Shown piece after piece: positions 19,289 through 30,801 of a DNA stretch of 50,454 nucleotides. A program made the position numbers and the translations under genes. The DNA is from Sphingomonadales bacterium (GTDB lineage: Bacteria; Pseudomonadota; Alphaproteobacteria; Sphingomonadales; Sphingomonadaceae): NCBI GenBank assembly GCA_031416255.1, contig JANOTI010000018.1:1-50454 (forward strand). The letters are read 5' to 3'. The first letter of the stretch is position 1; each line of letters opens with the position of its first letter. Under the pieces are notes generated by a model. The model saw nothing but the letters and a program-made list of their open reading frames with translations. It ran no database searches and was not told where the DNA came from.

Positions 19289-20053
19289 TTATCGCGTCAT
19301 TTCAAACGTAATGGCAAGGGTTACGCTGGTGCCGATCTCGCCACCTTGAATGGGCGTTGAGGCCGCTGAGTCTGCGGCCTCCGCAACAGCCATTTTTTCA
19401 TAGGCCATCGGCTGCTCAATTCGCTGCTGCTTAATAGATTCCGCAACCCGCAACACACGAACATCGGAATATCCGGCCTTTTGCGCATGATACCGAGCTT
19501 GCTTCATCGCCGTCGCCCAAGCCTTATCACGCGACTGAGCCTCAGCCGCACTGTCATCATCCAGCGTGAAATTCGGTCCCGAAAATTCGGTGGCGCCATT
19601 GGAAGCCAGTGTGTCCAGCACATCGCCCAATCGCTGAAAATCCCGAAGTTTGGCAGTGACAACATTGGATACGATATAGCCCTTCAGCCGCTGTTTTCCG
19701 GTCGGCAGATACTCAATATCACGATAAAGGTTGATCGTGCTGGTCTGGATATCTTTGTCGGCGATCCCAGCGGCTTTGAGCTGTGCAACGACCAATGTCA
19801 TTTTTTCGGCGTTTTTGGTGATGGCATCACGCGCTTTCGGGGTAGTGGTCTGAACACCGGTGGTAAAGGTCGCAGCATCGGGTGCGGATTGGACCGTGGC
19901 GGTTACTGTCAAATCGACGATGGGCCTTGCGGGATCGACTTTCACTTCACTGGTACTCACCGTTAACATTTCTCCACGCTGCGCAAATGCCACTTGCGGC
20001 AAAGCCAGTAACAACGCTGCACCGCATAGCATCTTGGATATCGTTTTCATCAT
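19289..20053 (-). CDS. SIMPL (DUF541) domain periplasmic protein
   Basis: PDAATFTTGV, GIADKDIQTS, GYIVSN, PIQGGE; signal peptide; start after AGGAG. Confidence 0.88.
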   Translation of the reverse strand: MMKTISKMLCGAALLLALPQVAFAQRGEMLTVSTSEVKVDPARPIVDLTVTATVQSAPDAATFTTGVQTTTPKARDAITKNAEKMTLVVAQLKAAGIADKDIQTSTINLYRDIEYLPTGKQRLKGYIVSNVVTAKLRDFQRLGDVLDTLASNGATEFSGPNFTLDDDSAAEAQSRDKAWATAMKQARYHAQKAGYSDVRVLRVAESIKQQRIEQPMAYEKMAVAEAADSAASTPIQGGEIGTSVTLAITFEMTR

Positions 20054-20073
20054 TCCGTCTCCTGAAAAGCTAT

Positions 20074-20931
20074 TCAAATCGCCGTATTTCGGGCGAATTC
20101 TATGTAAATATCGCGCAACTTGCGCGTCACTGGCCCCGCTTTGCCACTGCCAATCTGAATGCCGTCTATACGGGTGACCGGCATGACAAAGGCCGATGCA
20201 GCTGTGTTCATTGCCTCCGCCGCGTTCTTAGCCTCATCCACGGTGAAAACGCGCACTTCGATGGTAATCCCATCACGCGCCGCCAGTTCTTTCAGCGCGA
20301 CTTGCGTGATTCCGTGCAGCGCCTGATCGTCCAGCGGATGCGTGACCAGCACGCCCTCTGCCGTCACGATATGGGTGTTTTGCGACGTTCCCTCAGTCAC
20401 AAAACCATCGCGAACCAGCCACGCGTCATCTGCGCCAAGGGCCTTTGCCTCCATCTTCATCAATGATGCATAGAGCAATTGCGTCGTCTTGATATGCGCC
20501 ATGCCCCAGCGTTTGTCGGGCAACGTCACCACCGAAATGCCATCCTCAGCCTCTGGCCGGTCCACCAATGCCATTTCTTGCGTAAACGCACAGATCGTCG
20601 GAACAGTATCGGCGGGCGGAGCCGCGAAATTGCGGTCACCGGGGTTGCCGCGTGTGACCTGCATATAAACGACGCCTTCATTGACCGCATTGCGCGAAAC
20701 CAATTCGCGGCAGAAAGTCAGTACGTCGTCACGGGCTGGAACCTGCAGCATTTTCAGCCCCGCCATCGACCGCGCGAGCCGATCCACATGCCGATCAAAA
20801 TCCGCCAGCTTTCCTTCAAGAACAGAGACGACTTCATACACCGAGTCCGAAAACAGAAACCCCCGGTCAAAGATCGAGATTTGAGCTTCGTTTTCGGGGA
20901 GATATTCGCCGTTGAGATAAATCGTTCGCAT
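20074..20931 (-). CDS. dat: D-amino acid aminotransferase (class IV PLP)
   Basis: DRGFLFSDSVYEV, YMQVTRG, RWGMAHIKT, TEGTSQN, LHGIT. Confidence 0.88.
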   Translation of the reverse strand: MRTIYLNGEYLPENEAQISIFDRGFLFSDSVYEVVSVLEGKLADFDRHVDRLARSMAGLKMLQVPARDDVLTFCRELVSRNAVNEGVVYMQVTRGNPGDRNFAAPPADTVPTICAFTQEMALVDRPEAEDGISVVTLPDKRWGMAHIKTTQLLYASLMKMEAKALGADDAWLVRDGFVTEGTSQNTHIVTAEGVLVTHPLDDQALHGITQVALKELAARDGITIEVRVFTVDEAKNAAEAMNTAASAFVMPVTRIDGIQIGSGKAGPVTRKLRDIYIEFARNTAI

Positions 20932-20990
20932 CAAATCCATTTGCGCGATGGCTTGCGCAAGGTCAACCTTCCCCCTATCCGCCGCGCATC

Positions 20991-22775
<1,785 letters not shown>

Positions 22776-22795
22776 AAGCGACAGAGTTCTATTAA

Positions 22796-22880
22796 ACCGT
22801 TAGCCCGAGCCTGTCGAAGGGGGTCCCTAAGGAGAGCGCTGGGCTGTGGGACGTGCTTCGACAGGCTCAGCACTAACGGT
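22796..22880. repeat. Palindromic intergenic repeat, type A copy 1
   Basis: ACCGTTAGCCCGAGCCTGTCGAAG ... CTTCGACAGGCTCAGCACTAACGGT between convergent genes. Confidence 0.9.
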
Positions 22881-22906
22881 ATTTATTAGAACCCAGCTTA
22901 TTCAGC

Positions 22907-23425
22907 TTACGCACCAGGCAACCGGTAATAATCAGCCAAGCGGTCCAGCGCGATCCGCAGCACGAGCTTACCCGAACGTGCGGGCCAGCCCATCGATTTC
23001 TCCGCCACCGGCATAGCCTCGCCCGCGCAGATTACGCGCCACGCGATGTCGGACAGATCGCGCCCTAACGCCGCAACACCGCCATCGAAACGCTGCTTTG
23101 CATTCAACATCCGGTCGGTCGGATTGCCATGCGATGGCGCACTTCGTTTACCACGCGCCATCGCCATATGCTCCCAAGACATCGTTACACGCGGTGCCAG
23201 CCCACCCTGTTCAAAATCACTGCGCAGTTTTTCACCAGCCAAAAACTGGCGGTCGGTCAAATGACCATATGTGTGAAGCCAGGCTAAAGGAGACTCAGCC
23301 AAGTTTACCGTTACGGTTCGTTTGGGGCGTTTCGAATGGCTGCGACCGAACTCAGGATCGGGTAAAGCACGCTCTACCAATGGCCTTGGATCTTGAAACA
23401 CTGGGGCGGTCGATTTTTTGCGCAT
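22907..23425 (-). CDS. DUF6456 domain protein (GafZ / GafA C-terminal-like GTA activator candidate)
   Basis: NLAESPLAWL..HL..RQFLAGEKLRSDF and E..MGWPARSGKLVLRIALDRL motifs; AAGGAG RBS. Confidence 0.8.
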   Translation of the reverse strand: MRKKSTAPVFQDPRPLVERALPDPEFGRSHSKRPKRTVTVNLAESPLAWLHTYGHLTDRQFLAGEKLRSDFEQGGLAPRVTMSWEHMAMARGKRSAPSHGNPTDRMLNAKQRFDGGVAALGRDLSDIAWRVICAGEAMPVAEKSMGWPARSGKLVLRIALDRLADYYRLPGA

Positions 23426-23439
23426 ACTATCTCCTTTAG

Positions 23440-23504
23440 ACGAATCATCACAAACGACTTGCCAATGACGTGCGTTTGTAGGACAGTAAAAAACCTATTT
23501 GGTT
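23440..23504. promoter_or_regulatory. Divergent DUF6456/XRE control region
   Basis: ACGAATCAT 23440-23448; ACAAACG/CGTTTGT inverted repeat 23450-23479; TTTGTAGGACAG 23475-23486; AACC-N5-GGTT 23492-23504. Confidence 0.65.
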
Positions 23505-23514
23505 GGAGAAAGAC

Positions 23515-24078
23515 ATGCTCAGCCGCGTTCGCGAAGTGCGCAAAGCCAAACGCCTCACCCTGTTCGACGTTGCCGAACGCTGTGATCCGCCGACAACAGC
23601 CCAAACCATCGGACGTCTGGAAACAGGCATGCGTACATTGTCACTAGGCTGGTTGAACCGCATTGCCGGTGCACTTGGGGTTGATGCCAGCGAACTGGTT
23701 CAATTGCCCGATCAGCAAGAGCTACCCGTAGCAGCGTATCTTGGCGTCGATGGGGCACAAGCTCCTGCAAAGGCCGATCTGCTGCTTGCACCGCGCCTTC
23801 TAGGCAAAATGCTGGGCTTACGCGTTACTGACAGCATTGGCGATTACCGGCGCGGGGATGAGCTTTGGTTAGAGCAGCTATCGCCTGAACATTTTGGCGA
23901 AGCGCTGAATTGCGATGTTCTGGTGCCCCGTCCAGCAGGGCGCTTTCTCTTTGGTCGGCTGCTAGGGCGCGAAGATGGCAAGTTGCATCTGCTGCCACTG
24001 GCGGCGGGGGCAAGACAACAAGTCGTGGCTGATCCTGTGTGGATCGGGCGCGCCGTCAAGCTTGTCCGCTCGCTCTAA
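23515..24078 (+). CDS. XRE-family HTH transcriptional regulator with S24-like C-terminal domain
   Basis: VREVRKAKRLTLFDVAE..TTAQTIGRLETG.R.LSL.WL..IA.ALGV; start at ATG 23515 after GGAG. Confidence 0.9.
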   Translation: MLSRVREVRKAKRLTLFDVAERCDPPTTAQTIGRLETGMRTLSLGWLNRIAGALGVDASELVQLPDQQELPVAAYLGVDGAQAPAKADLLLAPRLLGKMLGLRVTDSIGDYRRGDELWLEQLSPEHFGEALNCDVLVPRPAGRFLFGRLLGREDGKLHLLPLAAGARQQVVADPVWIGRAVKLVRSL

Positions 24079-25244
24079 TGCGGGTTCTGTCACTCTCAAC
24101 CCTCCACCCTTCATCCGCCGCGCCGAATTTTGGGCGCTTCGTGCAATTGTCGCTGGATGCCGCTGACTCAACGGGTGAGGCTGACATTGTTCGCATGTGC
24201 CCGAACGGCTTGCCGCCTTGGCCATTGGGCCATATCCACCCACGCTATCGCGGCGCGGCCGCGTTGCCGTTGCAGGACAGAGCCGTCCATCGGCCGCATT
24301 TCACGCTGATCCCTGGCCTTAATGCGAACAGGAACGCTCGTTCCATTGCTAAGGCTGTAATCCCATTGGCGCGCGCATTGCATGCCGAACAAGCGTTCGA
24401 TCTGGTTGATGCCCAGTTTTTCTGGCCCGATGGCCCTGCAGCGAAGCAGATCGCCGACGAACTTGGGCTGCCCTATTCGATCAAAGCACGCGGGTCAGAC
24501 ATTCACTATTGGACTACGCGTGGCGGATGCCGCGAACAAATTGTCGATGCGGCGCACGGTGCCGCTGGTTTGCTCGCCGTGTCCGAAGCCATCAAGTGCG
24601 ACATTGCGGCGCTTGGCGTCGATCCGGCAAAAATATTGGTGCACCGAACTGGCATTGACCGTTCGCTCTTTCAGGTCGCGACCGAACCAAGAGCGGACCT
24701 TCGCCAGCGGATTGACTTACCAACCGATGGCAATTTGATCGTCACAGTCGGCGCTCTCATCCCGCGCAAAGGGCAGTTGTTTGCCATTGAGGCCTTGGTT
24801 CAAATTCCCGATGCGCGTCTAGCCATCATCGGCGACGGACCCGATCTAGCTATGTTACGGCAATTAGCTCAGGATCAGGGGGTTTCGGATCGAGTGCATT
24901 TCCTTGGTTCGTTGCCGCATAGCGAAATTGCCCGCCACGTACAGGCCGCTGACGTCTGTGTACTGCCATCGGAAAACGAAGGCATTGCCAATGCCTGGAT
25001 CGAGGCTCTGGCGTGCGGCACGCCGTTGGTCATTACCGATGCTGGCGGCGCGCGCGAAGTTATTACAGGGGACGCAGGCGGACGGATCGTTGAGCGCAAG
25101 GCAGGCGCTATAGCCAAAGCTGTGCGCGACCTGCTGCGAACACCGCCCGAACGCACCGATGTAGCATCCGTCGTTGCGGACTATAGCTGGGAACGAAATG
25201 GCAAAGCGTTGGTCGCCTTTTGGCGGTCAATAGCCTCTGCCTAG
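24078..25244 (+). CDS. GT4 family glycosyltransferase
   Basis: DAQFFWPDG, KARGSD, VGALIPRKG, LPSENEGIANAWIEALACG; TAATG coupling to the XRE gene. Confidence 0.92.
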   Translation: MRVLSLSTLHPSSAAPNFGRFVQLSLDAADSTGEADIVRMCPNGLPPWPLGHIHPRYRGAAALPLQDRAVHRPHFTLIPGLNANRNARSIAKAVIPLARALHAEQAFDLVDAQFFWPDGPAAKQIADELGLPYSIKARGSDIHYWTTRGGCREQIVDAAHGAAGLLAVSEAIKCDIAALGVDPAKILVHRTGIDRSLFQVATEPRADLRQRIDLPTDGNLIVTVGALIPRKGQLFAIEALVQIPDARLAIIGDGPDLAMLRQLAQDQGVSDRVHFLGSLPHSEIARHVQAADVCVLPSENEGIANAWIEALACGTPLVITDAGGAREVITGDAGGRIVERKAGAIAKAVRDLLRTPPERTDVASVVADYSWERNGKALVAFWRSIASA

Positions 25245-25276
25245 TGGCTTTCCGATTACCCTATACAAGCATCAAA

Positions 25277-25399
25277 ACCGTTCGTGCTGAGTAGCTGCAG
25301 AGGCCGAAAGGCCGAGGTGGCGTATCGAAGTACTGATGGTGCAGAAACCCTTCGATTCGGCACTTCGCTTCGCTCAGTACCTACTCAGGGCAAAAGGGT
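25277..25399. repeat. Palindromic intergenic repeat, type B copy 1
   Basis: ACCGTTCGTGCTGAGTAG...TATCGAAG ... CTTCGA...CTACTCAGGGCAAAAGGGT; homologous to 39410-39530. Confidence 0.88.
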
Positions 25400-25429
25400 T
25401 TAATTACTTCAACCCTAATAGAACGCTTC

Positions 25430-26410
25430 CTAAACCACACCTTCGCTGTTGTTGTTCAACTTGCTCAGTTTAACTGTTTCCGCAGGAACAAAGCTGTCCT
25501 GCGTGACTTTCAGCCAGATCAAAATCGGTGCCGCTTGATAGATTGACGAGTAGCTGCCGACGAAAATACCAAATGCCATCGCAACGCTAAATCCAAAGAT
25601 TACATCCGGACCAAAGAACACCAACACCACCAAAGGCGTCAGGATTGTTAAGCTGGTCATGACTGTACGCGACAGTGTTTCGTTGACCGAAAGATCAAGC
25701 AAAGCTGTGATATCCATCTTGCGGTACTTTTTCAGGTTTTCGCGAATCCGGTCATAAATAATGATGTTATCATTCAGCGAATAGCCAATGATCGTCAGCA
25801 AGGCTGCGATGGTATTGAGGTCAAACTCCATCTGCGTTAGCGAAAATAGCCCTAATGTGATCACCACATCGTGGACCAACGCCCAGATCGCACCCACCCC
25901 GAATTGCCATTCAAACCGGAACCATATGTAAAGCCCAATGCCGATTGATGCGGCGACAAGTGCCATGATACCGTCGGAAAACAGCTCGCTGGATACTTTG
26001 CCCGATACCGAATCCACCCCATCAATGCGGACAGTCGGATGCTTGACTTTAAGCGTGGCGACAATCTTATCGGCCATTGCATTGGCCAGTTCGGGTTTTT
26101 TATCCGCGCCATCGGGCAGCTTCATCCGGATCGAAACCTGATTTTCCGCACCGAAACGCTGAATAGTCGGATCGCCATACCCAAGCGAACCAATGGTGTT
26201 GCGCAGCTCCTCCACCGGAGCGATTTTTTCGCCAACAAAGGTTGTACGGATCATTTGGCCACCGATAAAATCGACGCCGTAGTTCAACCCTTTGGTGAAC
26301 AGCAACGCCATCGACGCCACCATCAGCAGGATCGAAACGCTAAACGCGATGTTCCGCCATTTGAGGAAACCGATATTGGTATCGTCGGGCACGAGTTTCA
26401 GGAGTTTCAT
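25430..26410 (-). CDS. secF: Protein translocase subunit SecF
   Basis: GVDFIGG, IWFRFEW, GYSLND...DRIREN; start at ATG 26410. Confidence 0.97.
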   Translation of the reverse strand: MKLLKLVPDDTNIGFLKWRNIAFSVSILLMVASMALLFTKGLNYGVDFIGGQMIRTTFVGEKIAPVEELRNTIGSLGYGDPTIQRFGAENQVSIRMKLPDGADKKPELANAMADKIVATLKVKHPTVRIDGVDSVSGKVSSELFSDGIMALVAASIGIGLYIWFRFEWQFGVGAIWALVHDVVITLGLFSLTQMEFDLNTIAALLTIIGYSLNDNIIIYDRIRENLKKYRKMDITALLDLSVNETLSRTVMTSLTILTPLVVLVFFGPDVIFGFSVAMAFGIFVGSYSSIYQAAPILIWLKVTQDSFVPAETVKLSKLNNNSEGVV

Positions 26411-26421
26411 AGTCCAGAGCC

Positions 26422-28020
26422 TCAAATATGGATTTCTTGGGGACGGTTGCGCTTCAACCAAATAGCAACCCACATGCGGGTCAGCGTGACTGCAGTGAAC
26501 ACCGACGTGACAATACCGATCATCAGAACGACGGCGAAGCCTCGGATCGGTCCAGAACCGATGAAGAACAGCAAGGTCGCCGCAATAACGTTGGTAATGT
26601 TCGCATCGAAAATCGCACGGCTGGCTTCGGAATAGCCATGTTCGACCGCCAGCGCAACACGGCGCCCTCGCCGTCGTTCCTCGCGTATGCGTTCGTTAAT
26701 AATGACGTTAGCGTCCACCGCAGCGCCGATAGTCAAAACAAAACCAGCAATACCCGGCAGTGTCAGAGTCAAATTGGCTATCGCCATCACGGCAAGGATC
26801 ATCACAACGTTTGTGATCAGCGCAAAACACGAATAAACTCCAAACCGCCCATAAGCGAGCAGCATCCATACAAGCACGCCAGTCGTCCCGATCATTGCCG
26901 CAATCATCCCGCGGCGGATTGAGTCTGCGCCAAGATCAGGCCCGACCGAGCGTTCCTCAACCACTTTAAGATCAACAGGCAAAGCGCCGGAGTTTAGTGC
27001 GATCGCCAACTGGTTGGCGCTATCTACCGTAAAACTACCCGAAATTTGCGATGTGCCGCCAAGAATGGCCTCGTTGATCTGCGGAGCCGAGATTACCTTT
27101 CCGTCCAGTATGATCGCGAACAGTTTGCCAGTGTTCTGCTGCGTCATCCGCGCAAATTTTTGCCCGCCTTCGCTGTTGAATTGAATAATAACGACAGGCT
27201 CGTTCGTTTGCTGGTCATAGCTTTGCTGAGCGCCTGTCAATTGGTCGCCCTTAATGCCCCCAAGACGCCGGACAGCGATAAAGGGAATGCCGCTGGGATT
27301 GCTTGGATACGGCAAAGCCTGACTGCCAACGCGCGCTTTGCCTTTCAGCGTATCGTCTGGATTTGCAGCTTCATCAACCAGCTTAAACTCCAGCTTAGCC
27401 GTTTCGCCGATGAGCTTCTTAAGCGCTTCGGGATCTTCAAGTCCCGGAACCTGCACGACTATACGGTCCGCACCCTGACGAATAATTGTCGGCTCCAGCG
27501 TGCCAAGCGCGTTGATCCGGCGGTCGATGACGTCTTTGGCTGAATCCATAGCGCGGTTCAGTGAATCTGTGCGTCCGGTTCCTGCCGGGTTGAGGGTAAT
27601 GCGGTTCCCGTCGGTGATCTCGATATTCCAGTCACGTCCACCCTGATTGTTGGCGACAACCGGTTCAAGCGCTTTACGGGCCGCATCGATTTTGTTCGCT
27701 TCGGTGACAAGAAAGCTCAGCTTTCCGTCTGTGCGTGTAACGGTGTCGATGTCAATTTTGGGCTCTGCGCGGCGCATTGCCGTGCGAACGCTGTCTTCTA
27801 GCGATTCCAGCCGGTCACGCTCCAATTGTGCACGATCCGCTTCTAGCAAGATGTGGCTACCGCCAGCAAGGTCCAGACCGAGATTGATCGTTGGTGTCGC
27901 TAACCAGGACGGCGCAAGGTCGAGCGTCGTTTTGGGGAGGAAACTGGGGATAGAAAGCAGGATGGAGAACGCAATTAAAGCGTGCAACATCCAGATACGC
28001 CAGCGAGGAAAATCGAGCAT
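26422..28020 (-). CDS. secD: Protein translocase subunit SecD
   Basis: LGLDLAGG, RRINALG, AVDANVIINERIREE. Confidence 0.97.
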   Translation of the reverse strand: MLDFPRWRIWMLHALIAFSILLSIPSFLPKTTLDLAPSWLATPTINLGLDLAGGSHILLEADRAQLERDRLESLEDSVRTAMRRAEPKIDIDTVTRTDGKLSFLVTEANKIDAARKALEPVVANNQGGRDWNIEITDGNRITLNPAGTGRTDSLNRAMDSAKDVIDRRINALGTLEPTIIRQGADRIVVQVPGLEDPEALKKLIGETAKLEFKLVDEAANPDDTLKGKARVGSQALPYPSNPSGIPFIAVRRLGGIKGDQLTGAQQSYDQQTNEPVVIIQFNSEGGQKFARMTQQNTGKLFAIILDGKVISAPQINEAILGGTSQISGSFTVDSANQLAIALNSGALPVDLKVVEERSVGPDLGADSIRRGMIAAMIGTTGVLVWMLLAYGRFGVYSCFALITNVVMILAVMAIANLTLTLPGIAGFVLTIGAAVDANVIINERIREERRRGRRVALAVEHGYSEASRAIFDANITNVIAATLLFFIGSGPIRGFAVVLMIGIVTSVFTAVTLTRMWVAIWLKRNRPQEIHI

Positions 28021-28059
28021 GATAGTACCAGACTTAAATATTTTGCGCGGCTGCGCGGA

Positions 28060-28398
28060 TCAATCGTTGGCAGGTTTGGTATTACGGCTTTTAACATCTG
28101 ACAACATTGATTTCAAAGCCTTAACGCGAACGTTAGGCGCAATCTCAACCTCAATATAGTCATCTGCGACCTTTATTACTTTGCCCATCAGTCCGCCACC
28201 CGTGACGACTTCATCATTTTTCTGAACCGCGTTCAATTTTGCTTCATGCTCTTTCGCACGCTTTTGCTGCGGACGGATCAGCAGGAAATAAAACACGACA
28301 AAGATCAACAGCAATGGAACGATTTGCATAAAAAAACCTGCAGCGCCTGCACCACCGGTGCTGCCTGTAGCAGCCGAGAAAACCAGCATAGAAGTCAT
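28060..28398 (-). CDS. yajC: Preprotein translocase subunit YajC
   Basis: FYFLLIRPQQKR, DEVVTGGGLMG. Confidence 0.96.
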   Translation of the reverse strand: MTSMLVFSAATGSTGGAGAAGFFMQIVPLLLIFVVFYFLLIRPQQKRAKEHEAKLNAVQKNDEVVTGGGLMGKVIKVADDYIEVEIAPNVRVKALKSMLSDVKSRNTKPAND

Positions 28399-28604
28399 TA
28401 TCGTTCGTCCCCATATTATCGTGTTGGCCCATATAACGGCTGGGCGCGCCTATTCCAAGGGCGGGCCGTTATCATGACGCCAGAATGCGCGCAACGGATA
28501 ACGGGTTTGCACCTTGCTTTTAACAAATGCTGTCCATATAGGCCCGAGCATATTGATGCGGTTTCGCAGCACTGGAAATTTCCAGTGTGAAATCGCCTCA
28601 CGGT

Positions 28605-28681
28605 CGGGACGTAGCGCAGCCTGGTAGCGCATCACACTGGGGGTGTGGGGGTCGGAGGTTCGAATCCTCTCGTCCCGACCA
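28605..28681 (+). tRNA. tRNA-Pro (GGG)
   Basis: CGGGACG/CGTCCCG acceptor stem, anticodon loop CT-GGG-GG, GTTCGAATC T-arm, encoded CCA; 77 nt. Confidence 0.97.
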
Positions 28682-28826
28682 ATTTTATTCATTCACAGCA
28701 TCGCAGAATATATTGCTTTTGCGCGGGATCGGTTCTCACTGCTGGTTTGTCCCATCGATATTTCGGCTAGCCCGGACAAAACTGTTTCTATACAGCTTTG
28801 TGCATTCACCAATATCGGGATGGACA

Positions 28827-30107
28827 ATGCTTCAAAGCATCAAAGGCAGGATTGGGCAGTACCCCGTGTGGAGTGCGCTGATTATCCTGATCGCAGCAAT
28901 TGCGATCTATAGCATCATCACCCCGACACCCCGCGAGTATGAATATGTCAGTGAAGCCGCGTCGCGTGGTGAGGTAACGCGCAGTGTTTCTGCAAGCGGC
29001 AAAGTACGCGCGTTAAATACCATTAAAGTCGGTGCCGAAGTTTCCGGCCAGATCACCAAAGTGTATGTGGATTTTAACACACGGGTAACCGCTGGGCAGA
29101 TATTGGCAGAAATCGACCCCACCAGAGTTCGCGCACGGGTTGAACAGTCCGAAGCACAAGTCGCTTTGACGAAAGCAAATTTGCAACAGGCTACCGCTAA
29201 CGTAAACCGCTCACGCGCCGATCTTGAAATTCAAGAGCGCGATTTTGCTCGGCAAAAGGCGTTGGCTGATCGAGGTTTTGTTTCAAAAGCGGGACTCGAT
29301 GCTGCGCAGAGCAAACTCAATTCCGCTCGCAATGCTGTGCAGGTGGCGTTGGCTCAGTCGCAAAGCGGGAACGCACAAATCCGCCAAGGCATAGCAGAGC
29401 TATCCTCGGCAAAGCTGGACCTTAGCCGCACTCTGATTGTAGCCCCTGCAAGCGGCGTGGTGATAAACAAGCTGGTTGAACCCGGAACAACCGTTGCTGC
29501 GTCATTCCAAACGCCAAACCTGTTCGAAATCGCGTCTGATACTACAAAGATGCAGGTCGAGGCATCGGTTGACGAAGCCGATATCGGCCAAATTCGCGAG
29601 GCGCAAAACGTTAATTTTACGGTTGATAGCTATCCCGATTATGTCTTCAAAGCCAAAGTCCGGCAGGTGCGGCAAGCGCCAGTCGAGACCCAGAATGTTG
29701 GCAGCTATCTGGTGATAATCGATGTCGATAAACTGGACGGCAAGCTACTGCCGGGTATGACTGCCAATGTTGAAATTATTACTGGCACCAAATCGAACAT
29801 TTTGCGCGTTCCTACAAACGCGCTCCGCTTTCGCCCCCGTGCAGAGGATCGGGAGAAAGTCGTAAAGGGCAAAACGCCCGGTAGCCCTGCCAAAAAAGAA
29901 GATCCCCGCCCGGTTTTGTATCTCGCAACAAAGGACGCCTATAAACCCGTCAAAAAACCCGTCAAAATCGGACTAGAAGGAGATGAATATACCGAAATCC
30001 TTTCCGGAATAAAATCCGGCGATAAAGTTTTGGTTCGTGCGAAATCGTTGAAACCCAAATTGACGCCCAATTCCGATGCGGAAGACGATGACGCCACCGC
30101 TTCTTAG
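28827..30107 (+). CDS. Efflux periplasmic adaptor subunit (MacA-like)
   Basis: VGAEVSGQI, IVAPASGVV, VDEADIG, LLPGMTA; start reassigned to ATG 28827 because the longer ORF overlaps the tRNA. Confidence 0.92.
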   Translation: MLQSIKGRIGQYPVWSALIILIAAIAIYSIITPTPREYEYVSEAASRGEVTRSVSASGKVRALNTIKVGAEVSGQITKVYVDFNTRVTAGQILAEIDPTRVRARVEQSEAQVALTKANLQQATANVNRSRADLEIQERDFARQKALADRGFVSKAGLDAAQSKLNSARNAVQVALAQSQSGNAQIRQGIAELSSAKLDLSRTLIVAPASGVVINKLVEPGTTVAASFQTPNLFEIASDTTKMQVEASVDEADIGQIREAQNVNFTVDSYPDYVFKAKVRQVRQAPVETQNVGSYLVIIDVDKLDGKLLPGMTANVEIITGTKSNILRVPTNALRFRPRAEDREKVVKGKTPGSPAKKEDPRPVLYLATKDAYKPVKKPVKIGLEGDEYTEILSGIKSGDKVLVRAKSLKPKLTPNSDAEDDDATAS

Positions 30108-30801
30108 CACCAACGCGCTGGTTAAAGATTATGTGATCGGCGGCGAAACTGTGCACGCGGTAAACAACGTCTCGCTGTCAATTGCGCGCGGCGAATTTGT
30201 CGCTATCATGGGCGCAAGCGGTTCGGGCAAATCGACTTTCATGAATATGATCGGGTGTCTGGATGTGCCAACATCGGGCACATTGCTGCTCGATGGTACC
30301 GATACCAAACTGCTGAGCAGCGATGAGCTGGCAGAAATTCGCAACCGCAAAATCGGATTTGTGTTTCAGCAGTTCAATCTTCTGGCGCGAACCAGTGCGC
30401 TGGATAATGTCGCGGTGCCGTTAATCTATGCAGGCCTTGGCTATGCTGAACGGCGCGAGCGATCGAAAGCAAAGCTGGAGGCACTGGGGCTTGGCGACCG
30501 GCTGGAAAATACACCGGCCAAGCTATCGGGTGGCCAGCAGCAACGCGTTGCCATCGCGCGTGCGCTTGTGACCGATCCTTTGATGTTGCTCGCCGACGAG
30601 CCAACGGGAGCGCTCGATACACAAACTTCACTCGATATAATGAGCATTTTTCAGCGGTTGAACGACGACGGGATCACGGTGGTTGTGGTCACCCATGAAC
30701 CGGATATCGCCGAATATGCCGCACGCAGGATTATTTTCCGCGACGGCAAAGTCATAGAGGACGAGGCAGTGAAATCGCGCCGACGGGCCGCCACTGCATG
30801 A
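30088..30801 (+). CDS. ABC transporter ATP-binding protein (MacB/LolD type)
   Basis: [33 protein letters not shown]. Confidence 0.95.
   Translation: MTPPLLSTNALVKDYVIGGETVHAVNNVSLSIARGEFVAIMGASGSGKSTFMNMIGCLDVPTSGTLLLDGTDTKLLSSDELAEIRNRKIGFVFQQFNLLARTSALDNVAVPLIYAGLGYAERRERSKAKLEALGLGDRLENTPAKLSGGQQQRVAIARALVTDPLMLLADEPTGALDTQTSLDIMSIFQRLNDDGITVVVVTHEPDIAEYAARRIIFRDGKVIEDEAVKSRRRAATA

Noticed and set aside
28587-28826. N-terminal extension of the adaptor ORF
   Set aside because: Runs through tRNA-Pro; the real start is most likely ATG 28827
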